Source of the DNA: an uncultured Candidatus Saccharibacteria bacterium | Lineage (GTDB): Bacteria > Patescibacteriota > Minisyncoccia > Phycocordibacterales > UBA12088 | Assembly (NCBI GenBank): GCA_964567265.1 | Contig: CAZMLK010000001.1 | Coordinates: 395,723 to 459,722 of the forward strand | Reading direction: 5' to 3' | DNA: 64,000 bases | Shown here: piece after piece, positions 38,401-48,206 of the stretch | Numbering within the stretch: the stretch's first letter is position 1 | Layout: each line of letters starts with the position of its first letter | Position numbers and translations under genes: made by a program | The notes under the pieces: generated by a model | What the model saw: the letters and a program-made list of their open reading frames with translations, nothing else | Database searches by the model: none | What the model was told of the DNA's origin: nothing

Positions 38401-38805
38401 CTACGAGGACCTTCGCGGCCCCGTGGATCGAAAATCAACTGCCATAGTGCCTGCGACTTTTCGTGATGCATGTACCCCGGCCACGCGTGCCGCCTTGCCC
38501 GATCGTGCAATGATTTCAATCGGACGCGTAAGCCGAGTCGGCTTCCCGTCCAAACCATCGAGCTTCACTGTCAGTCGAATACGGGGATTCGGAGAATCCG
38601 AGCCGCCTCCAGTTTGATATTCGACGTCCCCGACCGTGATCCCCGCAAGAAGGACTGCCTCTGATTCTGATCGGCAGAGATCAACAAGCGCCTGGCGCGT
38701 TGCCCGTTTCTTTTCTTCAAGGCTTCCGCGCGTTGTGCGAAAAATCGTAATCGCAACACCATCGATGCGGGCCAGTTGCGCCTTACGCTTCGGCACTTCG
38801 ACCAT
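38401..38805 (-). CDS. Hypothetical protein
   Basis: 134-aa ORF between lysK and the mraZ promoter region, with its own terminator. No recognisable domain. Confidence 0.4.
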   Translation of the reverse strand: MVEVPKRKAQLARIDGVAITIFRTTRGSLEEKKRATRQALVDLCRSESEAVLLAGITVGDVEYQTGGGSDSPNPRIRLTVKLDGLDGKPTRLTRPIEIIARSGKAARVAGVHASRKVAGTMAVDFRSTGPRRSS

Positions 38806-38865
38806 CGATCACCTCCATCTGTGATTTGGAATTCTCAGTGGAGAATACAACAACAAGATCATTCG

Positions 38866-40455
38866 TCAAGCAGAGACTTCACGGAGACGCGCCACAAGGA
38901 AGTCTCGGTCCAGGACAGAGAGGAACCAGCCTGCCTTCGGACCGGAATCCTTGCCGAGGAATGACTGATAGAGCGCGCCGAAGAATGCCTTTGCATCAAG
39001 TCCGCTTTCCTTCCGAATCTCGTGGAGCGCGGTGTGAAGTCCTTCCCCAGTGAGAACTTCATTTGATTCGACATATGCAAGCACCTTCCCGAGCGCCGCC
39101 TTCTGCTCGCCTGAAATATTCTTCGCGTCCTCAGGAACGTCGCCTGTCTGGAGCTCGAACTTGAAGTCATCGTCTGCGTACTTGTCGAGCCAGAAGCGCG
39201 CATATTTTGCACGGAGGGCGGCTTCTGCGCGATCGTCTTCGGTGAGCGGACTTCCTTTCATGCGTTCGACTTCCTGGTACAGATCCATGTGCGGCATCTG
39301 CACGATGAACGCGACCTGCGAGAATCGCGGCAAGAAATGCTCGGGGATCATTTCACGCTCCTCAGGGAAATGGATGAAGCGGAAGAGACGCGTATCATCG
39401 TCTTCAACGCCGCTCCACGCCTTCTCCGCGAGCTTGTCGAATTGGTCGAAGAGTATCGGGATCGTATCACCTGCTGGATCGACATTCACTTGCTGGTTGA
39501 TGTCCTTGCCGAGAAGCGCGAGGCGGAAGATATGGGGCGGCAGAAGATCAGCGACATCGCGTGCAGCAGACGCATTCCCTTTCGAAGAAGACATCTTCTT
39601 GCCGCCGATCAGGAAGAACTCGTACGGCACGTTGAATGGCGGCTCGTGGCCAAAGACTTGCTTCGAGATAGCGTTCGCGACCTCGCGTGAGCCACCTTTC
39701 GTGGAGTGGTCCTTCCCCGCACCTTCGATCGCGACATTCATGACTTTGAATTTCGCCGCCCACTCTACTTTCCACGGAAGCTTCGCGCGGCCGTCGAACG
39801 GCGAGACGCTTCCTTCATGCGCGCACCCTTCCGCCCACTTCACCATGTTCGGCATGCAGACATACGAAACCCTTTCACCATCAAATCCGGTGACCTTGGT
39901 GGTGCCGATCTTGCCGCAGTTCTCGCAGATGACCTGGAGCGGATACCAGTCGTCAGGCTTCACTGAGTTTGAAATTTCCTTGTAGAGACGGCGAATGACG
40001 TCTGCGTGTTCAAGCGCGAGGCGGATGACGTCGTTGAATTCGCCCGCGCGATACTTGTCGCTGAGGCGATAGTAGCTTGGGTGGAACCCGGCTTCCTCGA
40101 TGACACCGGTGAACTCGAGTCCGTAGTACTCGGCGAAATTCTTCGCGTTGCCGACGGGAGATGGGATCGTAAAGAGCGGCTGGCCCATGTACTTGCGATA
40201 GACGGCCTCATCGAGGTACGCCGGCATGCCGTCCATCGGGTCCATGTCGTTGATCTCATAGAAAAACTCGTTGTCGACGCCCGCTTCCGTAAGCGCCTCA
40301 GAAATGACTCCGTGGATGGCTGCGCCGCGCATCGAGCCCACGTGTACCCGACCAGAGGCAGTCTTCTCATCGCGTATGACGAGTTTCTCTCCCGCTTTGA
40401 TGCGGGTTGCCAGCTTTTCTTGTATGTCGCCCGTAAGGCGGTCTAGCCAGAACAT
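38866..40455 (-). CDS. lysK: Lysyl-tRNA synthetase, class I (archaeal type)
   Basis: 529 aa. HVGSMRG (HIGH-like) and KMSSSKG (the class I LysRS form of KMSKS) motifs. It has the Rossmann-fold class I architecture, not class II LysS. Confidence 0.85.
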   Translation of the reverse strand: MFWLDRLTGDIQEKLATRIKAGEKLVIRDEKTASGRVHVGSMRGAAIHGVISEALTEAGVDNEFFYEINDMDPMDGMPAYLDEAVYRKYMGQPLFTIPSPVGNAKNFAEYYGLEFTGVIEEAGFHPSYYRLSDKYRAGEFNDVIRLALEHADVIRRLYKEISNSVKPDDWYPLQVICENCGKIGTTKVTGFDGERVSYVCMPNMVKWAEGCAHEGSVSPFDGRAKLPWKVEWAAKFKVMNVAIEGAGKDHSTKGGSREVANAISKQVFGHEPPFNVPYEFFLIGGKKMSSSKGNASAARDVADLLPPHIFRLALLGKDINQQVNVDPAGDTIPILFDQFDKLAEKAWSGVEDDDTRLFRFIHFPEEREMIPEHFLPRFSQVAFIVQMPHMDLYQEVERMKGSPLTEDDRAEAALRAKYARFWLDKYADDDFKFELQTGDVPEDAKNISGEQKAALGKVLAYVESNEVLTGEGLHTALHEIRKESGLDAKAFFGALYQSFLGKDSGPKAGWFLSVLDRDFLVARLREVSA

Positions 40456-40531
40456 TTCCCTATCCTAGCGATAATTGACTGAATAGTAAAATGATGGTTT
40501 TCTGTGTCGGGCAATCATACGGAGGTTCAGA

Positions 40532-40879
40532 ATGGCGACCAAGATGACGGTAAGCGCAGTCCTCGCTGAGGCGGCGGATGAACTCCAAGCTGAATTTTCC
40601 ACTGGGAATGCGATTCTGATCCGAATGCTTTGCACGGATCTGAGAGACATCCCAATAGAGCGAGGGCAAGATACACTCCTTAAGAAGATGGCGAAGGGCA
40701 TGCCCCGGTCGAGTTCGGATTCGGAAGTCAACTTGTATATGTATCTGATGATCCTGCGCCTATTCGCACAGTCCTTCAGGGTAGCAGCAGCGAGCCAGAG
40801 AATGGCAGAGCTCGAACAACGTGTCGGCGAGCTCGACAATCGGACTATGGGTGATTTTCGCGTCGGCAATGTCGGCTAG
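40532..40879 (+). CDS. Hypothetical protein
   Basis: ATG preceded by GGAGG. 115 aa. No recognisable domain. Confidence 0.45.
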   Translation: MATKMTVSAVLAEAADELQAEFSTGNAILIRMLCTDLRDIPIERGQDTLLKKMAKGMPRSSSDSEVNLYMYLMILRLFAQSFRVAAASQRMAELEQRVGELDNRTMGDFRVGNVG

Positions 40880-40988
40880 TGGCGTGTGGCGGAGTCCTTT
40901 CGGGACTCCGCTGCTTTCTTTTTTACTTTGACAGTTTTTTCTGGAAGTGGTTTAAGAAAGCAAGACCCCGAGAAAGGAGTACGAGTGG

Positions 40989-41372
40989 ATGCATGGAGGA
41001 ACTATTTCTGTCAGGGACCTGCTTCGAGATATTGGAGACCCGGAGAAGCATTGGCATCGGGACGACAAGACGCGTGCTGAGCGTTTAGCACGGCTCGGCG
41101 AGGCACTCGACGAATCGGGCAGTCGTATGCTCTCCCCATACCAAGAAGGCGTCATCCGCGAGCAGTGTCGCTCGCTTTGGTTCGGCCCATCTCCTCGGGA
41201 AGCCGAAATTATCTTTCCAGCGATCGCAAGCATGATTGCCGCGTTCATATCGATGAACGGACACAGAATCCCCACGCGCATGTTGCGCGCCGCCAAAGGA
41301 CCGTCAGCCAATGGCTCGACACCCCATGTGAACCAGGACACTCGAGACGCTGCACGTCCTCCATTTATCTGA
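40989..41372 (+). CDS. Hypothetical protein
   Basis: ATG with AAAGGAG upstream. 127 aa. A terminator-like hairpin 41396..41423 lies downstream. Confidence 0.4.
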   Translation: MHGGTISVRDLLRDIGDPEKHWHRDDKTRAERLARLGEALDESGSRMLSPYQEGVIREQCRSLWFGPSPREAEIIFPAIASMIAAFISMNGHRIPTRMLRAAKGPSANGSTPHVNQDTRDAARPPFI

Positions 41373-41680
41373 CGAGTTGCTGCGTTTGTCGCGTCGCCGC
41401 GAAGCCCCCGAGGGCTTCGCGGCGATTTGCATAAAAAAGCCCGCGCATCTCACGAGGAGAATGGCGGGCTAGGTCGAGCGAACTCTGGCTACTGGATTAG
41501 GTGCGCGAACACGGGTGCTCCGGCAAGGAGGAGAAGAATGATCAATCCGAGAAACTTATAGGATCTCGGCTTCCGGCACGGCAGGCCGATGACTTCATCC
41601 ATGATGGCCATCCTTCACGAAAAGAACATGATACTACTGAACATGCTCTTTTGGAGAGGATATGTCAATTGTGGAAAACG

Positions 41681-41715
41681 AAACCGCGCGGTCAAAGCCC
41701 GCGCGGTTTCGTTTT
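41681..41715. terminator. Bidirectional terminator after greA
   Basis: AAACCGCGCGG-tcaaagc-CCGCGCGGTTT followed by CGTTTT. Confidence 0.6.
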
Positions 41716-41731
41716 AGTACATTCAGTGAAC

Positions 41732-42202
41732 CTACTCGACCTCCGAGATCTTGTAGTACTGCTTGCCGTTCGGAGTCTCGAATGAAAACTTCTCCCCCTT
41801 CTTCTTCCCCATCATCGCCTCGCCAAGCGGTGAGAGATGCGAGATTTTCCGTTCAATCATGTTGGCCTCCTCGCTGCCCACGATCTCGTACTTGTGGAGA
41901 TCCTTGTCGCCTTCTTTTTGGATAGAGACGTGCGAGCCGATGGTCACCGCATCACCCTTCTTCGGAGAGACGATCTTCGCGGTCTGGAGGATGGTCTCGA
42001 GCTTCTTGATGCGCTCTTCAGTCGCGGCCTGGAGATCACGCGCTTCTTGATATTCCGCGTTCTCAGAGAGGTCGCCGAGCGAACGGGCATACTCAAGGCT
42101 CTCCGCGATCTCCTTGCGGCGCGTGGTTTTTAAATAATCGAGCTCTTTCTTGAGCTCTTCAAACTTCTCCTGCGATAGGTACTCGGTGTTGTTCTCAGTC
42201 AT
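41732..42202 (-). CDS. greA: Transcription elongation factor GreA
   Basis: N-terminal coiled coil with acidic tip (LSENAEYQEARD) and a C-terminal FKBP-like domain. Confidence 0.9.
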   Translation of the reverse strand: MTENNTEYLSQEKFEELKKELDYLKTTRRKEIAESLEYARSLGDLSENAEYQEARDLQAATEERIKKLETILQTAKIVSPKKGDAVTIGSHVSIQKEGDKDLHKYEIVGSEEANMIERKISHLSPLGEAMMGKKKGEKFSFETPNGKQYYKISEVE

Positions 42203-42258
42203 GAATATTTGTTGTTTTGAATGGGCATATTCTACACGAAATCGCCCGATTGTCGAGG

Positions 42259-43944
42259 CTAGCCTTCAAGGTATTCGGGGGTGTGGACAGCCATCCAATC
42301 GAGCAGTTGGCGCATCACGTAGACGCCGCCGAGCGTGTTCGTGACTGGCCCTCGCTCCATGAGGACGATGAAGGCGTAGCGTGGATGCTCATATGGGAAA
42401 AAACCGGTTGCCCATGAGTTCACGTGCTGCTTGTCGCGTCCGAGCTGCGCGGTTCCGGTCTTCGAGGCGACATGGATGCTGTCCTTGTTGAGCCCGACGC
42501 CGGTGCCCATGAGCACTCCTTGCCGCATACCCTCCTGCACCACCTTGAAATCCTCTGCCGGTATGTCCACCTTCGTGCCGGTTTGCGTGGTCGAGGCGAT
42601 CAACGAGGGCGTGAGGAGCGTGCCTCCGTTCGCGATCGATGCGATTGCGCGGAGCATCTGGATCGGTGTCACCTGGAACCCATACTGCCCGATGACCGTG
42701 TTGTACGTGTCACCGACGCGCCAGTCTTCCCCGTCGAACATCTTCTTCTTCCATTCCGGATTCGGGATCGTTCCCGATTCCTCGCCCGGAAGCTGGATGC
42801 CGGTCGGCGACGCGATACCGAAGAGACGCGCGTACTTCTCAACGTTCGCGATGCCCATGCCCTGCTGGCCCGGGAAGCCGCCGCCGATCTCATAGAAATA
42901 CACATCCGAGGAGACGGCGATCGCATCTCGCATATCCACCCAGCCATGCGCCTTCCAGTCATTGAACCGGGAGGGCCTCGAAGGATCGTATGGATTCGGG
43001 ACCGTGATGTAGCCCGCCGAGTAGATCTGCTTCTCAGGCGAGATGACGCCCTCCTGGAGCGCCCCGAGCGCCATGAAGGGCTTCACGATAGATCCCGGCG
43101 TGTAGAGGCCGGAGACCATCCGGTCGAGGAAGGGCTTCCGGGTATCGCTCATGTATTCCTGGACCGCAGCACGGTCGTCAGCGCTCGACATGACGCTCGG
43201 CCGGTACTCAGGATAGCTCGTGAGCGCGATCAGCTCGCCTGTGCGGACATCCATGATGGCACCTGCGCCTCCTGTGAATGGCACCTGGTCGGCAAGCCCC
43301 TTGATGAATCCATAGAAGGCTTCTTCCACGCGCGCATCGATCGAGAGCGTTACATTGCCGCCGTCCCTGGGCGGCGTCAGCACGCTCTCGGAGTGGACCG
43401 CACCATGCGCGTCCACCTCGATCATGCGCTTGCCATTCTCTCCGGAAAGCTGGTCATTGAAGGAGCGTTCAGTGCCGGCTACACCCTTGTACTCGACTTC
43501 ATAGAATTTGCCGGATGAATCCTTCTTAGGAAGCGTGATGTATCCGAGGATATGGCCGAATCCGGCTGCATCGATATATGAGCGGCTCGCGAACGGCTCC
43601 GGCGTATCGCGCGTATTCCATGCGAGCTCCGTCCCACGCCGATCGTAGAGGACGCCACGGCGCGCGAACACTGTCGATTCCTCGAGCCGGTTCTGCTCGC
43701 TCCGTTCCTTGTACGTGCTTCCCTCGGCTATCTGGAGGATAGAGAGCCGGCCCACGAGCGCGAGGAGGATGAGGACGGCGCCGCTTCCGACGATGAGGAA
43801 CGCCTGCTTGCGGATCGGCGTCTCGAGCCGTCCTTCCATCTGGGCAGTATTGAATTCGGGAAGATTGCGGGAATCAAGAAAAATCTCGTCGGGATCGATC
43901 TCGACGACGCGCGTTCGTTTCTTGCTGAAGAATGGGATGCGCAT
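42259..43944 (-). CDS. mrdA: Peptidoglycan D,D-transpeptidase (PBP2, MrdA-like)
   Basis: N-terminal TM, GSIVKP (SxxK), a transpeptidase domain, and a position after mreD. Confidence 0.85.
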   Translation of the reverse strand: MRIPFFSKKRTRVVEIDPDEIFLDSRNLPEFNTAQMEGRLETPIRKQAFLIVGSGAVLILLALVGRLSILQIAEGSTYKERSEQNRLEESTVFARRGVLYDRRGTELAWNTRDTPEPFASRSYIDAAGFGHILGYITLPKKDSSGKFYEVEYKGVAGTERSFNDQLSGENGKRMIEVDAHGAVHSESVLTPPRDGGNVTLSIDARVEEAFYGFIKGLADQVPFTGGAGAIMDVRTGELIALTSYPEYRPSVMSSADDRAAVQEYMSDTRKPFLDRMVSGLYTPGSIVKPFMALGALQEGVISPEKQIYSAGYITVPNPYDPSRPSRFNDWKAHGWVDMRDAIAVSSDVYFYEIGGGFPGQQGMGIANVEKYARLFGIASPTGIQLPGEESGTIPNPEWKKKMFDGEDWRVGDTYNTVIGQYGFQVTPIQMLRAIASIANGGTLLTPSLIASTTQTGTKVDIPAEDFKVVQEGMRQGVLMGTGVGLNKDSIHVASKTGTAQLGRDKQHVNSWATGFFPYEHPRYAFIVLMERGPVTNTLGGVYVMRQLLDWMAVHTPEYLEG

Positions 43945-43950
43945 ATGGAT

Positions 43951-44253
43951 TTAGTTCCTGCCGATCTGGAGATACCGTCTCGAAAGCGGCACGAGGGAAG
44001 CGGCGAGGAGCGCGAGCGTCGTCATCAAAAAATGCGTCTCGATGCCCACGACCATGGTCCCGCCGTAGAGCACGTCCGCAACGACGGCAACGGCGATGAG
44101 CTCGTACCAGCCGAAGTATACCAGCGTTCCCAACGTCGCGGGGATCGCGAGCCACCACGGCGCCAGGAACGCGGCAGCGAAGAGCAGCGCATCAATGCCG
44201 ACTCTTCTTGGCAAACCGGAATCCTTTTTTTGCGGACGACGTCGTTCAAGCAT
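43951..44253 (-). CDS. mreD: Putative rod shape-determining protein MreD (short)
   Basis: 100-aa polytopic membrane protein between mreC and mrdA. Assignment is by position and hydrophobicity only. Confidence 0.45.
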   Translation of the reverse strand: MLERRRPQKKDSGLPRRVGIDALLFAAAFLAPWWLAIPATLGTLVYFGWYELIAVAVVADVLYGGTMVVGIETHFLMTTLALLAASLVPLSRRYLQIGRN

Positions 44254-44271
44254 GAGAAAACGGATGCTGCA

Positions 44272-45090
44272 TTACTGCGCGCTTGTCGAGGTCGCACCCG
44301 CGGGCGCGATTTCGACCGTACGGAGCTCGCGGATGTTGACGGGACTTTTCGCGAGCGCGGTCTCGAACGAATCAGCAGCCTTCGAGCGCAGCGCGCCGAC
44401 GAGCGCGACCAAGGAGCTCGTGATTCCAGGAAGCGCGATCGGAGAATTGGTAGCAGCGATCGTACCCCGCGGAAGCTGCACGATGAAATTCCCGCCGCCC
44501 TGCCCGATCAAGGAGACGGACACCGAGGTCGTCGCCTGGAGGATATCCGCGCTGGTGCTGACTCCGGGAGACGAATACAGCGTGACCCGCGCACGGCTCG
44601 GCCCCACCTCTTCGACCGTGCCGAGCGCGAGCGCGCCGTAGGCGTACACCTTGTCCCCTTTCCGGATGCCACTCTCCTGCCCCGCGTCGATGACGAGCGA
44701 ATCATACGGAATCTCGGGCGGCCGGAGCAGGATGCCCGCGCGGATGCGCGCCCTCTCGGGATTGCGTCCCGCGAATGCGCGCAGGGACTCGTTTTCAGCC
44801 TCAAGAAGTGTCATCGCGACGCTTTTCGCGTTTGCATCGCGGAGTTCCTGCTTCAGCGCGGCATTCTCGTCAACGAGCGCGCGCTTGGAGCGGAGGAGCT
44901 CGATGACGGTACCCGATGACGCGACCGTGCCCGATTCTATCGATGCGACCGGGCGGAGCACGCCGAACACGAGGTTCTCGAGGAACGCCGGCGGCTTCGC
45001 GAAGAAGAAAAGCGCAACGACCAAAAGCGCTCCCATCACTGCGAGCTTGTAGCGGCTGAATGCTGTTTTACGTTCCTGGAGAGAGCGCAT
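44272..45090 (-). CDS. mreC: Rod shape-determining protein MreC
   Basis: N-terminal TM, coiled coil, then a beta-rich domain. Positioned after mreB. Confidence 0.8.
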   Translation of the reverse strand: MRSLQERKTAFSRYKLAVMGALLVVALFFFAKPPAFLENLVFGVLRPVASIESGTVASSGTVIELLRSKRALVDENAALKQELRDANAKSVAMTLLEAENESLRAFAGRNPERARIRAGILLRPPEIPYDSLVIDAGQESGIRKGDKVYAYGALALGTVEEVGPSRARVTLYSSPGVSTSADILQATTSVSVSLIGQGGGNFIVQLPRGTIAATNSPIALPGITSSLVALVGALRSKAADSFETALAKSPVNIRELRTVEIAPAGATSTSAQ

Positions 45091-46141
45091 CTTCGCTTTC
45101 TATGAGCACGTCCGTATGCTGGTCGAGGGTTTCAATGATAACACCGGTTCCGCGCACGACGGAGGTCAACGGATCGTTCGAGCGGTACACCGGGATCTTG
45201 AGGATCGCCGTCAAAAATTCGGGCATGCCGCGGATGAGCGCGCCGCCGCCGACCAAGTGGATGCCGCGCTGCATCACGTCCGCCAGGACTTCAGGCGGCG
45301 TGGTCTCGAGGACCTCGCGGACGGATTCGACCAAGGTATCGATGGAATGGGAAATCGCTTCGCGGATATCGGCGTCTGTAATGACGACCTCACGCGGGAG
45401 GCCGGTCACGAGATCGCGGCCGCGTACGGTCGCTTCGATCGGCGCATCGCCCGGAGATACGGAACAAGCAGCAATCTTGAGCTCCTCCGAGGTCTTCTCG
45501 CCGATCAATATCTTGAATTCGCTCCGGATGTAGGAGGCGATGTCGGCATTCAGCTTGTCGCCCGCGACGCGGAGATTCTTCGCGCGCACGATGCCGGAAA
45601 GCGAGATGACGGCGATATCGGTCGTGCCGCCGCCGATGTCTATGATCATGCTGCCGATCGGCGCATGGATCGGCAGCTTGATGCCGATCGCGGCAGCCAT
45701 CGGCTCCTCGACGATGTAGACCTCGCGGGCGCCGGCATTCTTCGCTGCATCGCGGACCGCCCGCGTCTCGACGTTCGTGATGCCAGACGGCACGCCGATG
45801 ACGACGCGCGGGCCGAAGATCGTGCGGCGTCCTTCCTGCGCTTTGTTGAGGAGGTATGAAAGCATCTCTTCGGTGACCTCGAAGTCCGAGATCACGCCAT
45901 CAACGAGAGGGCGGACGGCCGTGATGTGGGTCGGCGTGCGGCCGAGCATGTCCTTCGCCTGCGCTCCGACGGCGACCACCTGGCCCGTCTTCTGGTTGAT
46001 GGCGACGACGGAGGGCTCATTGAGGACGATGCCCTTGCCGCGAACATACACGAGCGTGTTCGCCGTGCCGAGATCGATGCCGATGTCATTCGAGAAGAGG
46101 TGCGAGAACCTCCCGAACATTTTTTTGAGTCTTTCTACCAT
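45068..46141 (-). CDS. mreB: Rod shape-determining protein MreB
   Basis: MFGRFSHLFSNDIGIDLGTANTLVYV and actin-fold ATPase motifs. Confidence 0.9.
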   Translation of the reverse strand: MVERLKKMFGRFSHLFSNDIGIDLGTANTLVYVRGKGIVLNEPSVVAINQKTGQVVAVGAQAKDMLGRTPTHITAVRPLVDGVISDFEVTEEMLSYLLNKAQEGRRTIFGPRVVIGVPSGITNVETRAVRDAAKNAGAREVYIVEEPMAAAIGIKLPIHAPIGSMIIDIGGGTTDIAVISLSGIVRAKNLRVAGDKLNADIASYIRSEFKILIGEKTSEELKIAACSVSPGDAPIEATVRGRDLVTGLPREVVITDADIREAISHSIDTLVESVREVLETTPPEVLADVMQRGIHLVGGGALIRGMPEFLTAILKIPVYRSNDPLTSVVRGTGVIIETLDQHTDVLIESEDALSPGT

Positions 46142-46231
46142 GGTGGTGTGTATGGGGGGATCGGTGAGGTGATGGGCGCAAAGGGTCGATCCGTCGTTCC
46201 GAGGATAGGAAAAGGCGGCAGCGGTACGAAT

Positions 46232-47482
46232 TTATCTCTGAACGAACGACGCGAGCTCCTCGAGGGTCACTTTTGAGATTTCTCCTGTCGCGCGCTCGAC
46301 GACTTCGATCTTCCCGTCGGCGATGGTCTTCGCGGATACGACGGCACGGAACGGCATGCCGAGGAGATCGCTGTCGGCGAACTTCTCGCCTGCACGGAGA
46401 TCGCGATCGTCGTAGAGCACCTCGATGCCGCTCGCGGAAAGCGCTGCGTACAACTCCTCAGCCGCCTTCACCACCGCCTCGTCATTGCCGAGCTGCACCA
46501 CATGGATCTTGAACGGCGCGACTTCGAGGGGCCAGACGATGCCGTTCTCATCTGAAAGCGTTTCAACAATCGTACCCATGACGCGGGAGGGCCCGAGGCC
46601 ATAGCATCCCATCACGACCGGCACGTCCTCCCCTTCCTCATTCTTGTAGAGGAGGCCGAGTGCCTCCGAGAAACGAGTTCCGAGCGTGAAAATATTTCCC
46701 GTTTCAATCGCCTTCCGCTCGACCAGCTTCGCTTTGTCGAGCCCGAGATCTGCGATGACTTCGTCCGTATAGACTTCCTTGTTGAGCGCGATTCCGCGCT
46801 CCTCGTCGACATAAATCAAATCTTCGCCTGCATCAGACACCGTCTGGAATTCCTCGCTGTATTTCGAGAAGATGCCGCCCGCCGCGAACGTGACGAAGGT
46901 CCGATCGCCGAGACCTATGCGCTCAAAGATTTTCTTGTATGCGCGCTTAATCTTTTCGTAGAGTTCTTTGTGTTCCTCATCAGAGCGCGCGAACGAATAC
47001 ATATCCTTCATAAAAAATTCGCGTCCGCGCATGATGCCCGATTTCGCACGCGTTTCATTGCGGAACTTCTCCTGGACCTGGTAGGCCATGACTGGAAGAT
47101 CGCGATAGGAATGGATGAAGTCGGTCATGATGCGCGTCACCGGCTCCTCGTGCGTGATGCCGAGCCCGACGGTCCCGCCCACCTTGAGTTCAGTCTTGAA
47201 CCAATTGTCGACTTTTGCATCGTCCCACCGATCCGTCTTCTCCCAGAGCGTCTTATCCTGGAACACGGTCATGAGCAACTCCTGGCCGCCGATAGCGTCC
47301 ATTTCTTCTCGCACGATGCGGCAGATATTATTGAAAGTGCGGAGGCCGAGCGGCAGAAGCGTGTAGACGCCGGCCATCTCCTTATGGATGTAACCGCCGC
47401 GGATCAGGAGTTCTGCATTCTTGGCGACCTCGTCTTTCGGCGCTTCCTTGCGGGTTTTGGTGAAAAGTGCGGATTGGCGCAT
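46232..47482 (-). CDS. proS: Prolyl-tRNA synthetase
   Basis: Class II motifs and a C-terminal anticodon-binding domain. Start set at MRQSALFTKT. The listed ORF has a 117-codon in-frame TM extension (see findings). Confidence 0.85.
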   Translation of the reverse strand: MRQSALFTKTRKEAPKDEVAKNAELLIRGGYIHKEMAGVYTLLPLGLRTFNNICRIVREEMDAIGGQELLMTVFQDKTLWEKTDRWDDAKVDNWFKTELKVGGTVGLGITHEEPVTRIMTDFIHSYRDLPVMAYQVQEKFRNETRAKSGIMRGREFFMKDMYSFARSDEEHKELYEKIKRAYKKIFERIGLGDRTFVTFAAGGIFSKYSEEFQTVSDAGEDLIYVDEERGIALNKEVYTDEVIADLGLDKAKLVERKAIETGNIFTLGTRFSEALGLLYKNEEGEDVPVVMGCYGLGPSRVMGTIVETLSDENGIVWPLEVAPFKIHVVQLGNDEAVVKAAEELYAALSASGIEVLYDDRDLRAGEKFADSDLLGMPFRAVVSAKTIADGKIEVVERATGEISKVTLEELASFVQR

Positions 47483-47493
47483 ATGTAGAGGCA

Positions 47494-47521
47494 ATTGTAC
47501 AGGAAAAGGGTGCCTGGTCAA
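47494..47521 (-). promoter_or_regulatory. Promoter-like TTGACC-16-TACAAT immediately upstream of the proS ATG
   Basis: Minus strand reads TTGACCaggcacccttttcctgTACAATtgcctctacatATG. A terminator hairpin 47535..47561 lies just upstream. Confidence 0.35.
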
Positions 47522-47534
47522 AAAGGAAAATGGC

Positions 47535-47561
47535 CGCTCTCCTTCGGGGAGCGGCCAGCTT
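47535..47561 (-). terminator. Terminator hairpin
   Basis: GGCCGCTCTCC-ttcg-GGGAGCGGCC with ATTTTCCTTTTT downstream on the minus strand. Confidence 0.45.
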
Positions 47562-47893
47562 GAAACGGGTGTCGGCAGGGTATGCCCGCCATCAGGAGGC
47601 ATCGGGGCGAGGTCGATGGTCGCCTCAAGAAGTATTTCTGCGATCGTGAAGAGTACGACAAGCGACCAGAGAAGCATGAACAGCGTCGCGAAGACGATGA
47701 GACGGAATTGAGTATCAACCGCGATGATGTAAATCGTTGGCGCGCAGAGAATAGTTGCGGCAACGAAACAGACACAGACGATGAGCTGGGTGTCACGCGA
47801 AAGCCCGGACATGGCTAATCTCCATGAAATCACTCTGTTCTTGTCTCAAAATAGGCGCTCCCTGGATGCGTGTCAAACGGACGCACCGAATGT

Positions 47894-48196
47894 CTAGTGG
47901 AGCGACCGGTCACGAATCACCTCGAGGTCTTCCATGATCTCGGCGAGATCTTCTGGGGTATAGACTTGCTTCTCTGAATGATCCTCTGTCCACAACCTGA
48001 ACGCTTCCGCCATGCCGCTTTCAATCCACTCCGCCATCGCGTCACGAGCGGTTGCGGTGCCATCCTTTGAGAGCTCAGGATGCTCTTCGGCAAAATACAT
48101 GATGAGCTGCTTCTGAAGACCCATCTGCTCGCGAAAATTCTCAGGATGGAATTCCTGCCCGCCGTCGCTCTCTTTCGGCCATTCACTTGGACTCAT
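47894..48196 (-). CDS. Small acidic hypothetical protein, cotranscribed after rseP
   Basis: 101 aa from MSPSEW. It sits 10 nt after the rseP stop. The longer listed ORF overlaps rseP. Confidence 0.4.
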   Translation of the reverse strand: MSPSEWPKESDGGQEFHPENFREQMGLQKQLIMYFAEEHPELSKDGTATARDAMAEWIESGMAEAFRLWTEDHSEKQVYTPEDLAEIMEDLEVIRDRSLH

Positions 48197-48206
48197 GCCG
48201 TGATTC

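Noticed and set aside
41540-41662. Roughly 40-aa hydrophobic minus-strand ORF (M(A)IMDEVIGLPCRKPRSYKFLGLIILLLLAGAPVFAHLIQ) between two terminators
   Set aside because: It is below the size threshold and its RBS spacing is ambiguous. It could be a real small membrane protein, but the evidence is too thin to list as a feature.
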